Source: Mucilaginibacter terrae
Lineage (GTDB): Bacteria; Bacteroidota; Bacteroidia; Sphingobacteriales; Sphingobacteriaceae
Direction: 5' to 3'
DNA: 24,000 nucleotides
Assembly (NCBI RefSeq): GCF_042679325.1
Contig: NZ_JBHTMJ010000012.1
Location: forward strand, 198,766 to 222,765
Shown piece after piece: positions 1 through 8,729 of the stretch. Each line of letters opens with the position of its first letter. Within the stretch, counting starts at the first letter, position 1. Under the pieces are notes generated by a model. That model was given only the letters and a program-made list of their open reading frames with translations. It was not told the origin of the DNA and ran no database searches. The position numbers and the translations under genes were made by a program.

Positions 1-897
1 TTTTGTTGTGGTTACCACGGCTGGCACGATTGGTATATAGGTATAACGAGCCGTAACGCCGGTATTCCAGAAGTCATTCAGGACATGACTTACACATTCG
101 GGTATAATGATATAACTTCGATTAAAGCAGCGTTGGATGAAACCGTTGCTGCCGTTATCCTTGAGCCATTTATTTTTGAAGCACCGGCTCCCGGGTTTTT
201 ACACAAACTGGCCGATGTATGCAAAGAGAATGGTACACTACTTATTTTTGATGAAATGTGGACCGGCTTTCGCATTGCTATAGGCGGTGCTCAGGAATAT
301 TTCAACGTAAAGGCAGATTTGGCCGTGTACTCAAAAGCATGTGCTAACGGTATGCCTATAGCACTTTTAACGGGCCGAGCCGATGTAATGCAATTGTTTA
401 ACTCACAAGTGTTCAGTTACACCACATTTGGCGGCGAAGCATTATCACTGGCCGCATGTATAGCTACCATTAACGAACTTATCGATAAAAACGTTCCCCA
501 ATACCTTGATGAAAAAGGCGCGTTACTAAAAGATGGTTATAACCAGCTGGCTATAGAATTGGGTATGGACCAATATACAGGTTGTATAGGTTTCAATTGC
601 CGTACCATGGTAACCTTTACACCGGAAGCCGGTGATGCTTTAGAAGTAAAAACCCTTATGCAGCAGGAAATGATAAAACGAGGTGTGCTTTGGGCCGGTT
701 TTCATAATATGTGTTACAGCCATACCGATGAAGATATTTCATATACCATGCAGGCATATAGGGATGTATTACCTCTCGTGAAAGAAGCTATTTTAAGCGG
801 TAATGTAAAAAGCTATTTAAAAGGTGAGGTTTTAGAAGCCGTTTTCCGAAAGGTAAGTAACTATAATATTAAACCGAAAACAACAGCCATTCTGTAA
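1..897 (+). CDS. Class-III PLP-dependent aminotransferase (glutamate-1-semialdehyde aminomutase-like), 5' end outside the window
   Basis: Frame 1 is open from nt 1 (FCCGYHGWHDWYIGITSRNAGIP...), so the listed 85..897 ORF starts at an internal Met. It has the motifs LIFDEMWTGFR and DLAVYSKACANGMP (candidate PLP lysine), typical of class-III aminotransferases. The stop TAA at 895-897 directly abuts the next ATG. Confidence 0.85.
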   Translation, partial: FCCGYHGWHDWYIGITSRNAGIPEVIQDMTYTFGYNDITSIKAALDETVAAVILEPFIFEAPAPGFLHKLADVCKENGTLLIFDEMWTGFRIAIGGAQEYFNVKADLAVYSKACANGMPIALLTGRADVMQLFNSQVFSYTTFGGEALSLAACIATINELIDKNVPQYLDEKGALLKDGYNQLAIELGMDQYTGCIGFNCRTMVTFTPEAGDALEVKTLMQQEMIKRGVLWAGFHNMCYSHTDEDISYTMQAYRDVLPLVKEAILSGNVKSYLKGEVLEAVFRKVSNYNIKPKTTAIL

Positions 898-1704
898 ATG
901 ACAAATATGTTTTCGTTACAAGGAAAAACAGCTATTGTAACCGGTGCGTTAGGTCTTATCGGCAAAAAGCACTGCGAGGCACTGTCTGGTGCCGGTGCTA
1001 ACGTAGTTGTGGCCGATAGGGATGAACAAAGTGTTAAACTATTTGCCCGCCAATTAGGGCCACAGCATTCAGGTATGGCAATCGATGTTACCGATAAGGA
1101 GTCTGTTGTGGTGGCTTGCGAAAGCATACTCAAACAGTACCATACCATTGATGTACTGGTTAACAACGCGGCTATTAACGATATGTTTGAAAACCCGGCA
1201 ATGGCAAAAGAGCTCTCGGCGTTTGAAAATTATCCTTTAGAAGCTTTTCAACAATCGCTTAATGTGAATGTTACCGGTGTGTTTTTATGTTCGCAAGTGT
1301 TTGGTTCTGTAATGGCAGGGCAGGGCAGTGGCAGTATTATTAATATAGCCTCAACTTACGGCATGGTTGGCCCCGATCAGCGTATTTATCAGAACGAGTG
1401 CGGCGAGCAAACTTTTTACAAATCGGCAGCTTACCCCGTAACCAAAGGGGCGGTTATAAACTTTACCCGTTTTTTAGCAGCTTACTGGGGCAATAAAGGT
1501 GTACGTGTAAATACACTATCGCCAGGTGGCGTAGAGAACGGTCAAAACGAAATATTCATACAAAACTACTCCGCTAAAACAGTATTGGGCCGCATGGCGC
1601 AGGCAAATGATTATCAAGGTGCACTAATATACCTGGCAAGCGATGCTTCTGCTTACATGACAGGTGCCAACCTGGTGGTTGATGGTGGATGGACAGCAAT
1701 ATAA
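898..1704 (+). CDS. Short-chain dehydrogenase/reductase (SDR)
   Basis: It has the N-terminal Rossmann motif TGALGLIGKKH, the NNAAI motif and a catalytic Y-x3-K (YPVTK). The length of 268 aa fits. The ATG immediately follows the upstream stop. Confidence 0.9.
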   Translation: MTNMFSLQGKTAIVTGALGLIGKKHCEALSGAGANVVVADRDEQSVKLFARQLGPQHSGMAIDVTDKESVVVACESILKQYHTIDVLVNNAAINDMFENPAMAKELSAFENYPLEAFQQSLNVNVTGVFLCSQVFGSVMAGQGSGSIINIASTYGMVGPDQRIYQNECGEQTFYKSAAYPVTKGAVINFTRFLAAYWGNKGVRVNTLSPGGVENGQNEIFIQNYSAKTVLGRMAQANDYQGALIYLASDASAYMTGANLVVDGGWTAI

Positions 1705-1717
1705 CCCTAACAAAACT

Positions 1718-3154
1718 ATGAACGAGATTTTAAAACAAAAAGCAACCGATATTAAGTTGTTGCTGACCGATTGCGATGGTGTACTAACCGATGCCGGAGT
1801 TTATTATGGCAATAATGGCGAAAACCTTAAAAAATTTAACATGCGCGATGGAATGGGTGTTGAACGATTACGCAAGTATGCTGGTATTGAAACAGGCATT
1901 ATAACTGGCGAACATTCTCCATCGGTAATTAAACGTGCCGAAAAACTAAACATTACCGAATTACACTTAGGCGCTAAAAACAAACCGGTTATATTTAACG
2001 AAATTATTGACCGCCTGGGGCTGCAGCCACATGAAGTAGCTTATATAGGCGACGATCATAACGATCTGGAAATAATGAAACTGGCGTCTATAACCGCTTG
2101 CCCTGCCGATGCACTTCCCCAGGTACAAGCTCAGGCTGATATGGTTTGCAACCTTAAAGGTGGCGAAGGCTGTTTCAGGGAATTTGCCGAATGGCTGATC
2201 GAAGCTAAGAACGAAGCATCGATGTACCCGACAGGTAAAGGTTATATAACGTTAACCAACGGCCGAAAAATAGGTAAAAACCAGCCCGCCTATATAATAG
2301 CCGAAATTGGTATTAATCATAATGGCTCTTTAGAAACAGCCAAGCTGCTAATTGATGAAGCCGTGGCCGCTAAGGCAGATGCTGTTAAATTTCAAAAGCG
2401 TACACCGGAAATTTGTGTACCTAAGGATCAATGGGAAATTATGCGCGATACGCCATGGGGTCGTATTTCCTACATTGATTATAAACGCAAAACCGAATTT
2501 GGTATAGCCGAATATGCAGCAATTGATCAGTATTGTAAAAAATTAGGGATAGATTGGTTCGTATCGCCATGGGATATTAATGCGGTTGATTTCATGGAAC
2601 ATTTTGATACCGTAATTTATAAACTGGCATCGGCTTCGTTAACTGATCTTACTTTAATACAACGCATACTCCAAACTGGTAAACCGCTGATGTTGTCTAC
2701 CGGAATGTCTACCATTAAAGAGATAGAAGCAACGATGGCTTACATTAGGGCTTACAACGAAAATTATCCGCTTTGTATTGCTCATTCAACATCTGCATAT
2801 CCATGCCCACCTCACGAACTGAATCTCAGAATGATACAAACTTTAGAAGCTAAATACCCGGGCATACCTGTAGGATATTCTGGTCATGAAACAGGTTTAG
2901 CTACAACGGTTGCTGCGGTGGCCATGGGGGCAACTTTTGTGGAAAGACACTTTACGCTTGACCGTGCCATGTGGGGATCGGATCATGCTGCTTCGGTTGA
3001 GCCACAAGGCCTTCAACGTTTAGTACGCGACATCCGTGATACCGAAATTTCAGCCGGTGATGGTGTAAAAAGGGTTTATGAATCGGAACTTGCACCAATG
3101 AAACGGTTGCGTGTAAATATTAGCGACGAATATAAGGAGAAACCTGTTTCATAA
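1718..3154 (+). CDS. Fusion protein: KdsC/KDN-9-P-phosphatase-like HAD phosphatase (N-terminal) plus NeuB-family sialic/ulosonic acid synthase (C-terminal)
   Basis: I chose the start at the ATG MNEILKQ (1718), after the SDR stop at 1704. The track ORF from 1664 overlaps the SDR gene. The HAD motifs are LLLTDCDGVLTD and GDDHNDLE. The NeuB signature is PAYIIAEIGINHNGSLETAKLLIDEAVAAKADAVKFQKRT, followed by SGHE. No clear C-terminal SAF/antifreeze-like domain remains. Confidence 0.85.
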   Translation: MNEILKQKATDIKLLLTDCDGVLTDAGVYYGNNGENLKKFNMRDGMGVERLRKYAGIETGIITGEHSPSVIKRAEKLNITELHLGAKNKPVIFNEIIDRLGLQPHEVAYIGDDHNDLEIMKLASITACPADALPQVQAQADMVCNLKGGEGCFREFAEWLIEAKNEASMYPTGKGYITLTNGRKIGKNQPAYIIAEIGINHNGSLETAKLLIDEAVAAKADAVKFQKRTPEICVPKDQWEIMRDTPWGRISYIDYKRKTEFGIAEYAAIDQYCKKLGIDWFVSPWDINAVDFMEHFDTVIYKLASASLTDLTLIQRILQTGKPLMLSTGMSTIKEIEATMAYIRAYNENYPLCIAHSTSAYPCPPHELNLRMIQTLEAKYPGIPVGYSGHETGLATTVAAVAMGATFVERHFTLDRAMWGSDHAASVEPQGLQRLVRDIRDTEISAGDGVKRVYESELAPMKRLRVNISDEYKEKPVS

Positions 3155-3157
3155 ATT

Positions 3158-4084
3158 ATGCCACCGGATAAACTGCTTACCATTACTACTACCATACTCA
3201 TTTGCTGGATAATATTGATTATTAGCTGGGAACGTATTTTGCCTTATCGCAAGGGTTTAGCTTTATTTAGGGAGGGTTTTTGGGTAGACCTGGTATGGTA
3301 CACGCTTATTCAGAGCTATTTTTTAAAAATCATCATCTTTGATTATATAATAGCACCTGTACAACATCGTGTTGATTGGACCAACTGGCAGTTTGTTAGA
3401 GACTGGCCTCTGCCTGTACAGGTGCTGTTTTTCGTTATAACGCACGACTTATACATTTACCTGTTCCATCGTTTCCAACATCGTAATAAAACTTTTTGGC
3501 GCATACATGAGGCCCATCACTCGGGCAAGGAAGTCGATTTTTTAGCCGGGTCGCGCTCCCATATACTCGAGATAATCATCAACCAAACCATAGAGTTTGC
3601 ACCCATCATATTTTTAGGTGCCGATCCTGCGGTAATTCTTATTAAAGCACTGATCGACGCCGTATTCGGTATGTTTATCCACGCCAATATTAAGGTTAAT
3701 TTGGGGAAGTTTAAATATATTGTAAATACTCCCGAACTTCATTTATGGCATCATGCTAATTACCAGGAGGTTTTCCATGCCAACTTCTCTACAAAATTCT
3801 CATTTTGGGATTACCTGTTCGGCACTGCATACGATCCGGGACATACCCCAAGCAACAGCTCCGAAAGCTGGGGCTTGGGGTATTCGTATCCTAAAGACTA
3901 TTTTTTACAGCATGCTTACTCTTTTAAACGTTTTGATGAATATGATCTGCTGAAGTACAACTGGTTTAAACGATATTACAATTTACGTCCTCATTTAATA
4001 AAGTGGCTCGTTAAACTTTGGAGTAAACCCGTAAATGACCGTAAGCATACTTCAAAACTACAACAAGAGAAGAGTATTTATTAA
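3158..4084 (+). CDS. Fatty acid hydroxylase / sterol desaturase superfamily membrane protein
   Basis: It has hydrophobic N-terminal segments and three histidine boxes (HRFQH, HEAHH, HLWHH), characteristic of di-iron membrane hydroxylases/desaturases. Confidence 0.85.
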   Translation: MPPDKLLTITTTILICWIILIISWERILPYRKGLALFREGFWVDLVWYTLIQSYFLKIIIFDYIIAPVQHRVDWTNWQFVRDWPLPVQVLFFVITHDLYIYLFHRFQHRNKTFWRIHEAHHSGKEVDFLAGSRSHILEIIINQTIEFAPIIFLGADPAVILIKALIDAVFGMFIHANIKVNLGKFKYIVNTPELHLWHHANYQEVFHANFSTKFSFWDYLFGTAYDPGHTPSNSSESWGLGYSYPKDYFLQHAYSFKRFDEYDLLKYNWFKRYYNLRPHLIKWLVKLWSKPVNDRKHTSKLQQEKSIY

Positions 4085-4085
4085 T

Positions 4086-4463
4086 ATGGCCTGGTTATAT
4101 CTCATTATTGCAGCCCTGTTTGAAACAGCATGGACCTTTTCTGTAAAGTATTTTAAGTTTAGCAGCTTTAGGCTTTTAAACACGACCAATATTTATAAAG
4201 CAGAGGGTATTTATATTGTTGCACCCCTTTTAGGATATATTATTTTTGGAATAGCTAACGTGTACTTTTTTTCATTGGCTATTAAACAAGTTCCAACTGC
4301 TATGGCTTTTGCCGTATGGACAGCCTCAACTCTTGTTTTTATAAAGCTTGTTGATGTGTTTTTCTTCAGGCAACATATTTCGTGGGCAGAAACATTCTTT
4401 CTGATGCTTATTATGATAGGTATCATTGGAATGAGAATTTATTCGGTTAGTCCAGATAAATAA
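4086..4463 (+). CDS. Small multidrug resistance (SMR) family transporter, SugE/Gdx-like
   Basis: I chose the start at MAWLYLIIAALFETAWTF (4086), one nt after the upstream stop. The conserved membrane-embedded Glu lies in helix 1 (FETAW) and there are four hydrophobic segments. Loop 1 looks longer than in classical ~105 aa SMRs. Confidence 0.8.
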   Translation: MAWLYLIIAALFETAWTFSVKYFKFSSFRLLNTTNIYKAEGIYIVAPLLGYIIFGIANVYFFSLAIKQVPTAMAFAVWTASTLVFIKLVDVFFFRQHISWAETFFLMLIMIGIIGMRIYSVSPDK

Positions 4464-4721
4464 CTCAGGATCAAAGTTTAAACTGTGGGCTGTAAAGTAC
4501 ACCTAAATAAATTGGAATATTTGAAACCAAAATACAACAGGGTTAAAAATATTTGGTGTAAGCTGAATGCAATGGGCATTACTAAACTACTGTTGCTACC
4601 TAATCAAATTAATAATATGATATACTTAACCGTTATTCAGTTATTGTATGAAATTTAGCTGGGCTATTTTTTGTAGATTTTAATAAAAAAAGAGGCTGAA
4701 TGATAAATAACCAAGGATTAA

Positions 4722-4737
4722 GCCGACGAAGGTCGGC
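4722..4737 (-). terminator. Candidate stem-loop terminator downstream of the thioredoxin-like gene
   Basis: GCCGAC-GAAG-GTCGGC forms a 6-bp GC-rich stem with a tetraloop about 40 nt past the minus-strand stop at 4777. The trailing sequence is not strongly T-rich. Confidence 0.3.
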
Positions 4738-4776
4738 CTGGTGCATTAGGTAATATTAATAAGGGTGAGATAGGCA

Positions 4777-5199
4777 TCATGGTAAGAGACGTAACAATTT
4801 GTTTGTGTTAGCGAAGCCTTCCCACTTTTTAGCCAATGTACCGTCGCTATTAAAATATAATAAGGTGGGAGTTGCCCTTATCGGGTACAGGCCGTTTAGT
4901 TTTTTCCCTTCTTCGCTGTCTACATCAATGGCTACATTAATCAATTGGGCATTGTAAACATCGCCGATTTGCTTTTCGACTAATATTTCGTGTTCCATTT
5001 TTTTACAGGTAGGGCACCAACTGGCGTGAGCGAAAACAAATAAAGGTTTGCCCGCTGCTTTAGCGGTTGCCTTTGCCTCATTCAAGGATATCATTTTAAA
5101 TTGCACACCGCTTTCTGAAGTTAACAAAGGTTTGAATTTAGAACGGCAGGCACCGAACAACAGGCTAATGATAAGCAGCAATGCATATTTATTTTTCAT
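4777..5199 (-). CDS. Thioredoxin-fold lipoprotein (CxxC)
   Basis: It has a signal peptide with lipobox LFGAC and the active-site-like motif WCPTCKKM. It starts one nt after the stop of the upstream gene on the same strand. Confidence 0.85.
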   Translation of the reverse strand: MKNKYALLLIISLLFGACRSKFKPLLTSESGVQFKMISLNEAKATAKAAGKPLFVFAHASWCPTCKKMEHEILVEKQIGDVYNAQLINVAIDVDSEEGKKLNGLYPIRATPTLLYFNSDGTLAKKWEGFANTNKLLRLLP

Positions 5200-5200
5200 T

Positions 5201-6889
5201 TCAGGAAATGGTTAGGTTCACATATTGAGTATTATTTTTGATCATGTCCATACCTTGACGATAGGTCATGTGGGCCAGCCCGCGCTTTTTACGGTTAAGT
5301 TTGCTAATATGATATAAAATAGCCCAGTGCCGGATAATCTCTTTCCATGCAAAAAAGATGGAATGTTTAGGGTCGTACATGTGGGCAGGTTCGCTGGCGG
5401 CACCATTCACCTCGATGATCTTAAATTTTCCGGCGCAGAGTTCTGCCCAGCTATCATATTTAACATCCAACCGGCCATAGTAAAAACCCGGAATCTGCGC
5501 GCATACCGCATGTATATTTTTAACTAATTCGGACGTAACCTGCGGGCTGAGGTCAATAAATTTGGCACCGCGGCTATGATTGCCATACGGCGCAGGTAGG
5601 CAGGCCTCGCCGTATGGCAACACTTTTTGTAAAGCCAGGCCATACGCTTTTTTCAAGGCTGGTATTTGCAGTAGGTATCTCGGATTGGCAGCAAGCAATT
5701 CTTGCAAAGTTGCCTTTCCATCTCCCGTAACCATCATCAATTCTTTACCCACAACACCGGTAATTGTACCCGTACGGCTTCCTGGCCTACTAAAATAAAA
5801 AATCCCGGCTTCGTAAGGGTGGCTAATATACTCTTGTAACAGGAAATCAACTTTACTGTTGGTCGCATAATCGGCTAGGTCTTGTTTTGATTGAAGTAAT
5901 TTGACCTGCAAGCCGCGCTGCCCTATATCGGGCTTAGCAATCAAGGGCAATTTTATCCCAGGGTTTTCTATTGAATATCCTGCTTTAACCAATATAGTTT
6001 GCGGGCAATATTGCGCCGGTATATGCGCATAAATATCGTTTTTACTATCCATCGCGAATCCGCCGTTTTTCATTCCGGGGTTAGCCGTATTGAAAAAAAA
6101 TATTGCACGCGATTTAAGGCTGAGCCAAAACCAGTAAAACATCACCGGGATATAAATCATATAGTATGGCCAATACTCCCAATTAAATAGTTTGACCATG
6201 AAAATTCGTAAACTTAGCCATGGTATTTGCGATGTTGTTATTGCCAAATGTTGTACCTGCATCGTAGTCGATTTCAGGTCATCGTAGGTCATTATAATGG
6301 CTTGGCCAAATACAATCTTAACATGTGTAATGCTTACCGTCCCGATTGTTCCTGCCAAACGTTCGGTTTGGTGAAAATTGATGATTGACCTGCTATCTGA
6401 TAAGATAGTACTTTTAAACCGGTCTTTTTTTACAGTTTGAGCAGTTTCATCATAAAGCGTGGCCGAACTCCAAATATGCGATGAATGCTGATCAAGCGGC
6501 AAAGTATATTTTGCCGTGCCATCCCAGCGGCATTCGTAGAGCATCCCATTCATACAAATAATTAAAGTAAATGGCTCAATGTTGTTGAGATCAACCGAAT
6601 TAAAATAGGCAAGAGGCTTACTGGCAGCTAAAACGTTAAGCAACAACACACCCCGGCTAATGCGATAGGGCGGTTGAGCAAAATGCTTAACAAATGCGCC
6701 GTTTAACAGCACTGCCATATCTCCATTGGCTTTAGCTGCTATCCAGCTTCCGCTCATATCCGGGTCCTTAGGATAAAGCATGTCTTGGTACACCGAAGGT
6801 GATAATGCCGAACCCCTGTTGCAATGTTCATCACGGTTGGAGGTAAGGTAAAAGCCGTCTTGAGTGGGTATATAAGTTACTGTGCACAT
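5201..6889 (-). CDS. Fusion protein: NRDE/TANGO2-like domain (N-terminal Cys2), transmembrane linker, ATP-grasp ligase domain
   Basis: The N-terminus MCTVTYIPTQDGFYLTSNRDEH contains the literal NRDE motif. A hydrophobic stretch follows (WEYWPYYMIYIPVMFYWFWLSL). ATP-grasp motifs are LIAKPDIGQRGLQVKLL, LLQEYI, RLDVKYD and IIEVNGAAS. Confidence 0.75.
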   Translation of the reverse strand: MCTVTYIPTQDGFYLTSNRDEHCNRGSALSPSVYQDMLYPKDPDMSGSWIAAKANGDMAVLLNGAFVKHFAQPPYRISRGVLLLNVLAASKPLAYFNSVDLNNIEPFTLIICMNGMLYECRWDGTAKYTLPLDQHSSHIWSSATLYDETAQTVKKDRFKSTILSDSRSIINFHQTERLAGTIGTVSITHVKIVFGQAIIMTYDDLKSTTMQVQHLAITTSQIPWLSLRIFMVKLFNWEYWPYYMIYIPVMFYWFWLSLKSRAIFFFNTANPGMKNGGFAMDSKNDIYAHIPAQYCPQTILVKAGYSIENPGIKLPLIAKPDIGQRGLQVKLLQSKQDLADYATNSKVDFLLQEYISHPYEAGIFYFSRPGSRTGTITGVVGKELMMVTGDGKATLQELLAANPRYLLQIPALKKAYGLALQKVLPYGEACLPAPYGNHSRGAKFIDLSPQVTSELVKNIHAVCAQIPGFYYGRLDVKYDSWAELCAGKFKIIEVNGAASEPAHMYDPKHSIFFAWKEIIRHWAILYHISKLNRKKRGLAHMTYRQGMDMIKNNTQYVNLTIS

Positions 6890-7380
6890 GCCTGTCTAAA
6901 TTTTAAGGTAGATGCAGCGATACCGAACCCTGCCGGTATTGCGATACCAGCAACCGTGTTAACACCAATACGGATTAAGGCCAGATGATGCACAGTATGC
7001 TCCAGATTATAAATCAGTTCTCGATAATAATTGGTGGTTACACTGACAGAATTTGTTTCCGCATCGTCGTAGTTCACCAACAATGTAAGTGCCCTGTCTG
7101 GTCTATCTAAGCCTGTAATAATTTCCTTCAACTCACCAATGGCCACAAATTTACTGCTTTCTATCGCATGGTTTCTTTTGCGTTGGTCATAATCTACCTT
7201 ACCGCTATCGTAACCTTTATTAAGCTCTATATAAAACTCCAGGATATGGCGGGTATGTTCGCCAATGGTAGCACCAGATAAAACACTTACCGGAAGGATA
7301 AATTGATCATTGGTTAATAACTCAAGCACTTCGCCTAATTGCTCTAATAACTTACTGATGGGTTTTGTTAGCGGCATCAT
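6877..7380 (-). CDS. DinB-family (four-helix-bundle, metal-binding) protein
   Basis: Histidine motifs spaced as in the DinB/YfiT superfamily (GEHTRHILEF ... LEHTVHHLALI). The length is 167 aa. It overlaps the downstream NRDE/ATP-grasp gene by 13 nt. Confidence 0.8.
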   Translation of the reverse strand: MMPLTKPISKLLEQLGEVLELLTNDQFILPVSVLSGATIGEHTRHILEFYIELNKGYDSGKVDYDQRKRNHAIESSKFVAIGELKEIITGLDRPDRALTLLVNYDDAETNSVSVTTNYYRELIYNLEHTVHHLALIRIGVNTVAGIAIPAGFGIAASTLKFRQACAQ

Positions 7381-7384
7381 TATA

Positions 7385-7783
7385 CTACAGTTTAAAAGGA
7401 ATAAAACTGATCAGCTGTCTTCTTAACAGTAATAGTAAAGCCGTACAGCTACTAAAAACCAGCATAGCCAGGATAAATAGTTTGCCACCGTCGTTTTGCA
7501 CCACCAACCCTAATTGCGTAATATGGAAAAATATGGCTCCGGCCATTATACCCAAGCCTAAAAGTGCGCCTAAACTGGTGGTTTTGGGGATCAGCGTCAA
7601 TATAGATGCAATAAGTTCAAAGCAGCCGATACCAATTCGGCCCCAGGGTTCCATATTCAGTTTGGTGAAAATATAAACCGATTCTGGCGCGGCGGTAAAT
7701 TTAAAGAACAGGGTTTGCAACATAATTGCCGCAGCCACCAGGCGTAAGATCCAGGTAACTATGTTGAATGTTTTAGTTGTCAT
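7385..7783 (-). CDS. DoxX-family integral membrane protein
   Basis: 132 aa with four hydrophobic helices and a DoxX-like N-terminus (ILRLVAAAIMLQTLFFKF). It lies 4 nt upstream of the DinB gene. Confidence 0.75.
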   Translation of the reverse strand: MTTKTFNIVTWILRLVAAAIMLQTLFFKFTAAPESVYIFTKLNMEPWGRIGIGCFELIASILTLIPKTTSLGALLGLGIMAGAIFFHITQLGLVVQNDGGKLFILAMLVFSSCTALLLLLRRQLISFIPFKL

Positions 7784-7797
7784 GATGTTACGGCGTT

Positions 7798-8235
7798 TTA
7801 TTGAACTTTAACTGCAGGCCATTGCTGGTCAGCTTTAATAATCAAATTAGGTTGATCCTTCGTCCAAATTTCTTTTACTTTAGAATTGTAGTTGAAATAA
7901 AGCTTATCGTTTACAATGGTCCATGTATCGGTTTGTGTTGGGGCTTTGTGGCCTTCGGCAGTACCATAGGCACAGTAACCGCCATATTGTGGGGCGTATT
8001 TTTCAGGCGCTGCTTTAAAGGCGTTCATGTCTTCCGTGCTGGCAAACAACCAAGTGGCATTATTCCATTGATAGGACAGGCTGTCCGCGCCTTTAACGGC
8101 TTTGGATTGTTTAAAAAAAGCAACCGGGTCATAACCTTTGATAGCTTTACCGCCGCTGATGAATACTTCTGATTTTTGTGCACTGGCACTTAATGTAAAA
8201 ATGGACAGGGCTGCAATGATGAGTGTACGTTTCAT
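7798..8235 (-). CDS. Secreted YHS-domain protein (paralog 2)
   Basis: It has a signal peptide (SASAQK) and YHS-type motifs KGYDPVAFF and PQYGGYCAYG. Confidence 0.8.
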   Translation of the reverse strand: MKRTLIIAALSIFTLSASAQKSEVFISGGKAIKGYDPVAFFKQSKAVKGADSLSYQWNNATWLFASTEDMNAFKAAPEKYAPQYGGYCAYGTAEGHKAPTQTDTWTIVNDKLYFNYNSKVKEIWTKDQPNLIIKADQQWPAVKVQ

Positions 8236-8250
8236 ATTTATTTTTTGTGA

Positions 8251-8703
8251 TTAATTTTGATTAAATTTTGTCCAGTTAGCATCCGCTTTGGTTTTCAGGT
8301 TGCTTTCATCCTTATCCCAAGATTTTTTGGTGTTGTTAAAAAACTTGTTGTAAAACAGGTAAAGCTTGCCGTTCACCAGTTTGAAGGTTTCCGGGTCAAC
8401 AGCTACCTTAGTGCCGTTGGCTCCCATCGCGTAAGCACACCAACCGCCATATTGAGGTTGATACTTTGCGGGATTCGCTTTAAACAGGTCGCGGTTTTGG
8501 GTACTGGCAAAATGATAAGTTACGTCCTGATTTAATAGCGCAATTTCTTTTCGTCCTTCTACCGCTTTTTGTTGGGTGAAATAGGCAACTGGATCGTAAC
8601 CTGCCAGCGCCAGGCCTGATCCGTCCAGGTTAAATTGTTTTTGAGCCTGAACATTGGTCAGCGTGCCAACCATAAATAATAAAAAAAATAAGTATTTGTA
8701 CAT
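8251..8703 (-). CDS. Secreted YHS-domain protein (paralog 1)
   Basis: It has a signal peptide (NVQAQK) and motifs AGYDPVAYF and PQYGGWCAYA. It is clearly paralogous to 7798..8235. Confidence 0.8.
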   Translation of the reverse strand: MYKYLFFLLFMVGTLTNVQAQKQFNLDGSGLALAGYDPVAYFTQQKAVEGRKEIALLNQDVTYHFASTQNRDLFKANPAKYQPQYGGWCAYAMGANGTKVAVDPETFKLVNGKLYLFYNKFFNNTKKSWDKDESNLKTKADANWTKFNQN

Positions 8704-8729
8704 CGTGTTTCGGTGTTGTTTATTGCTTT

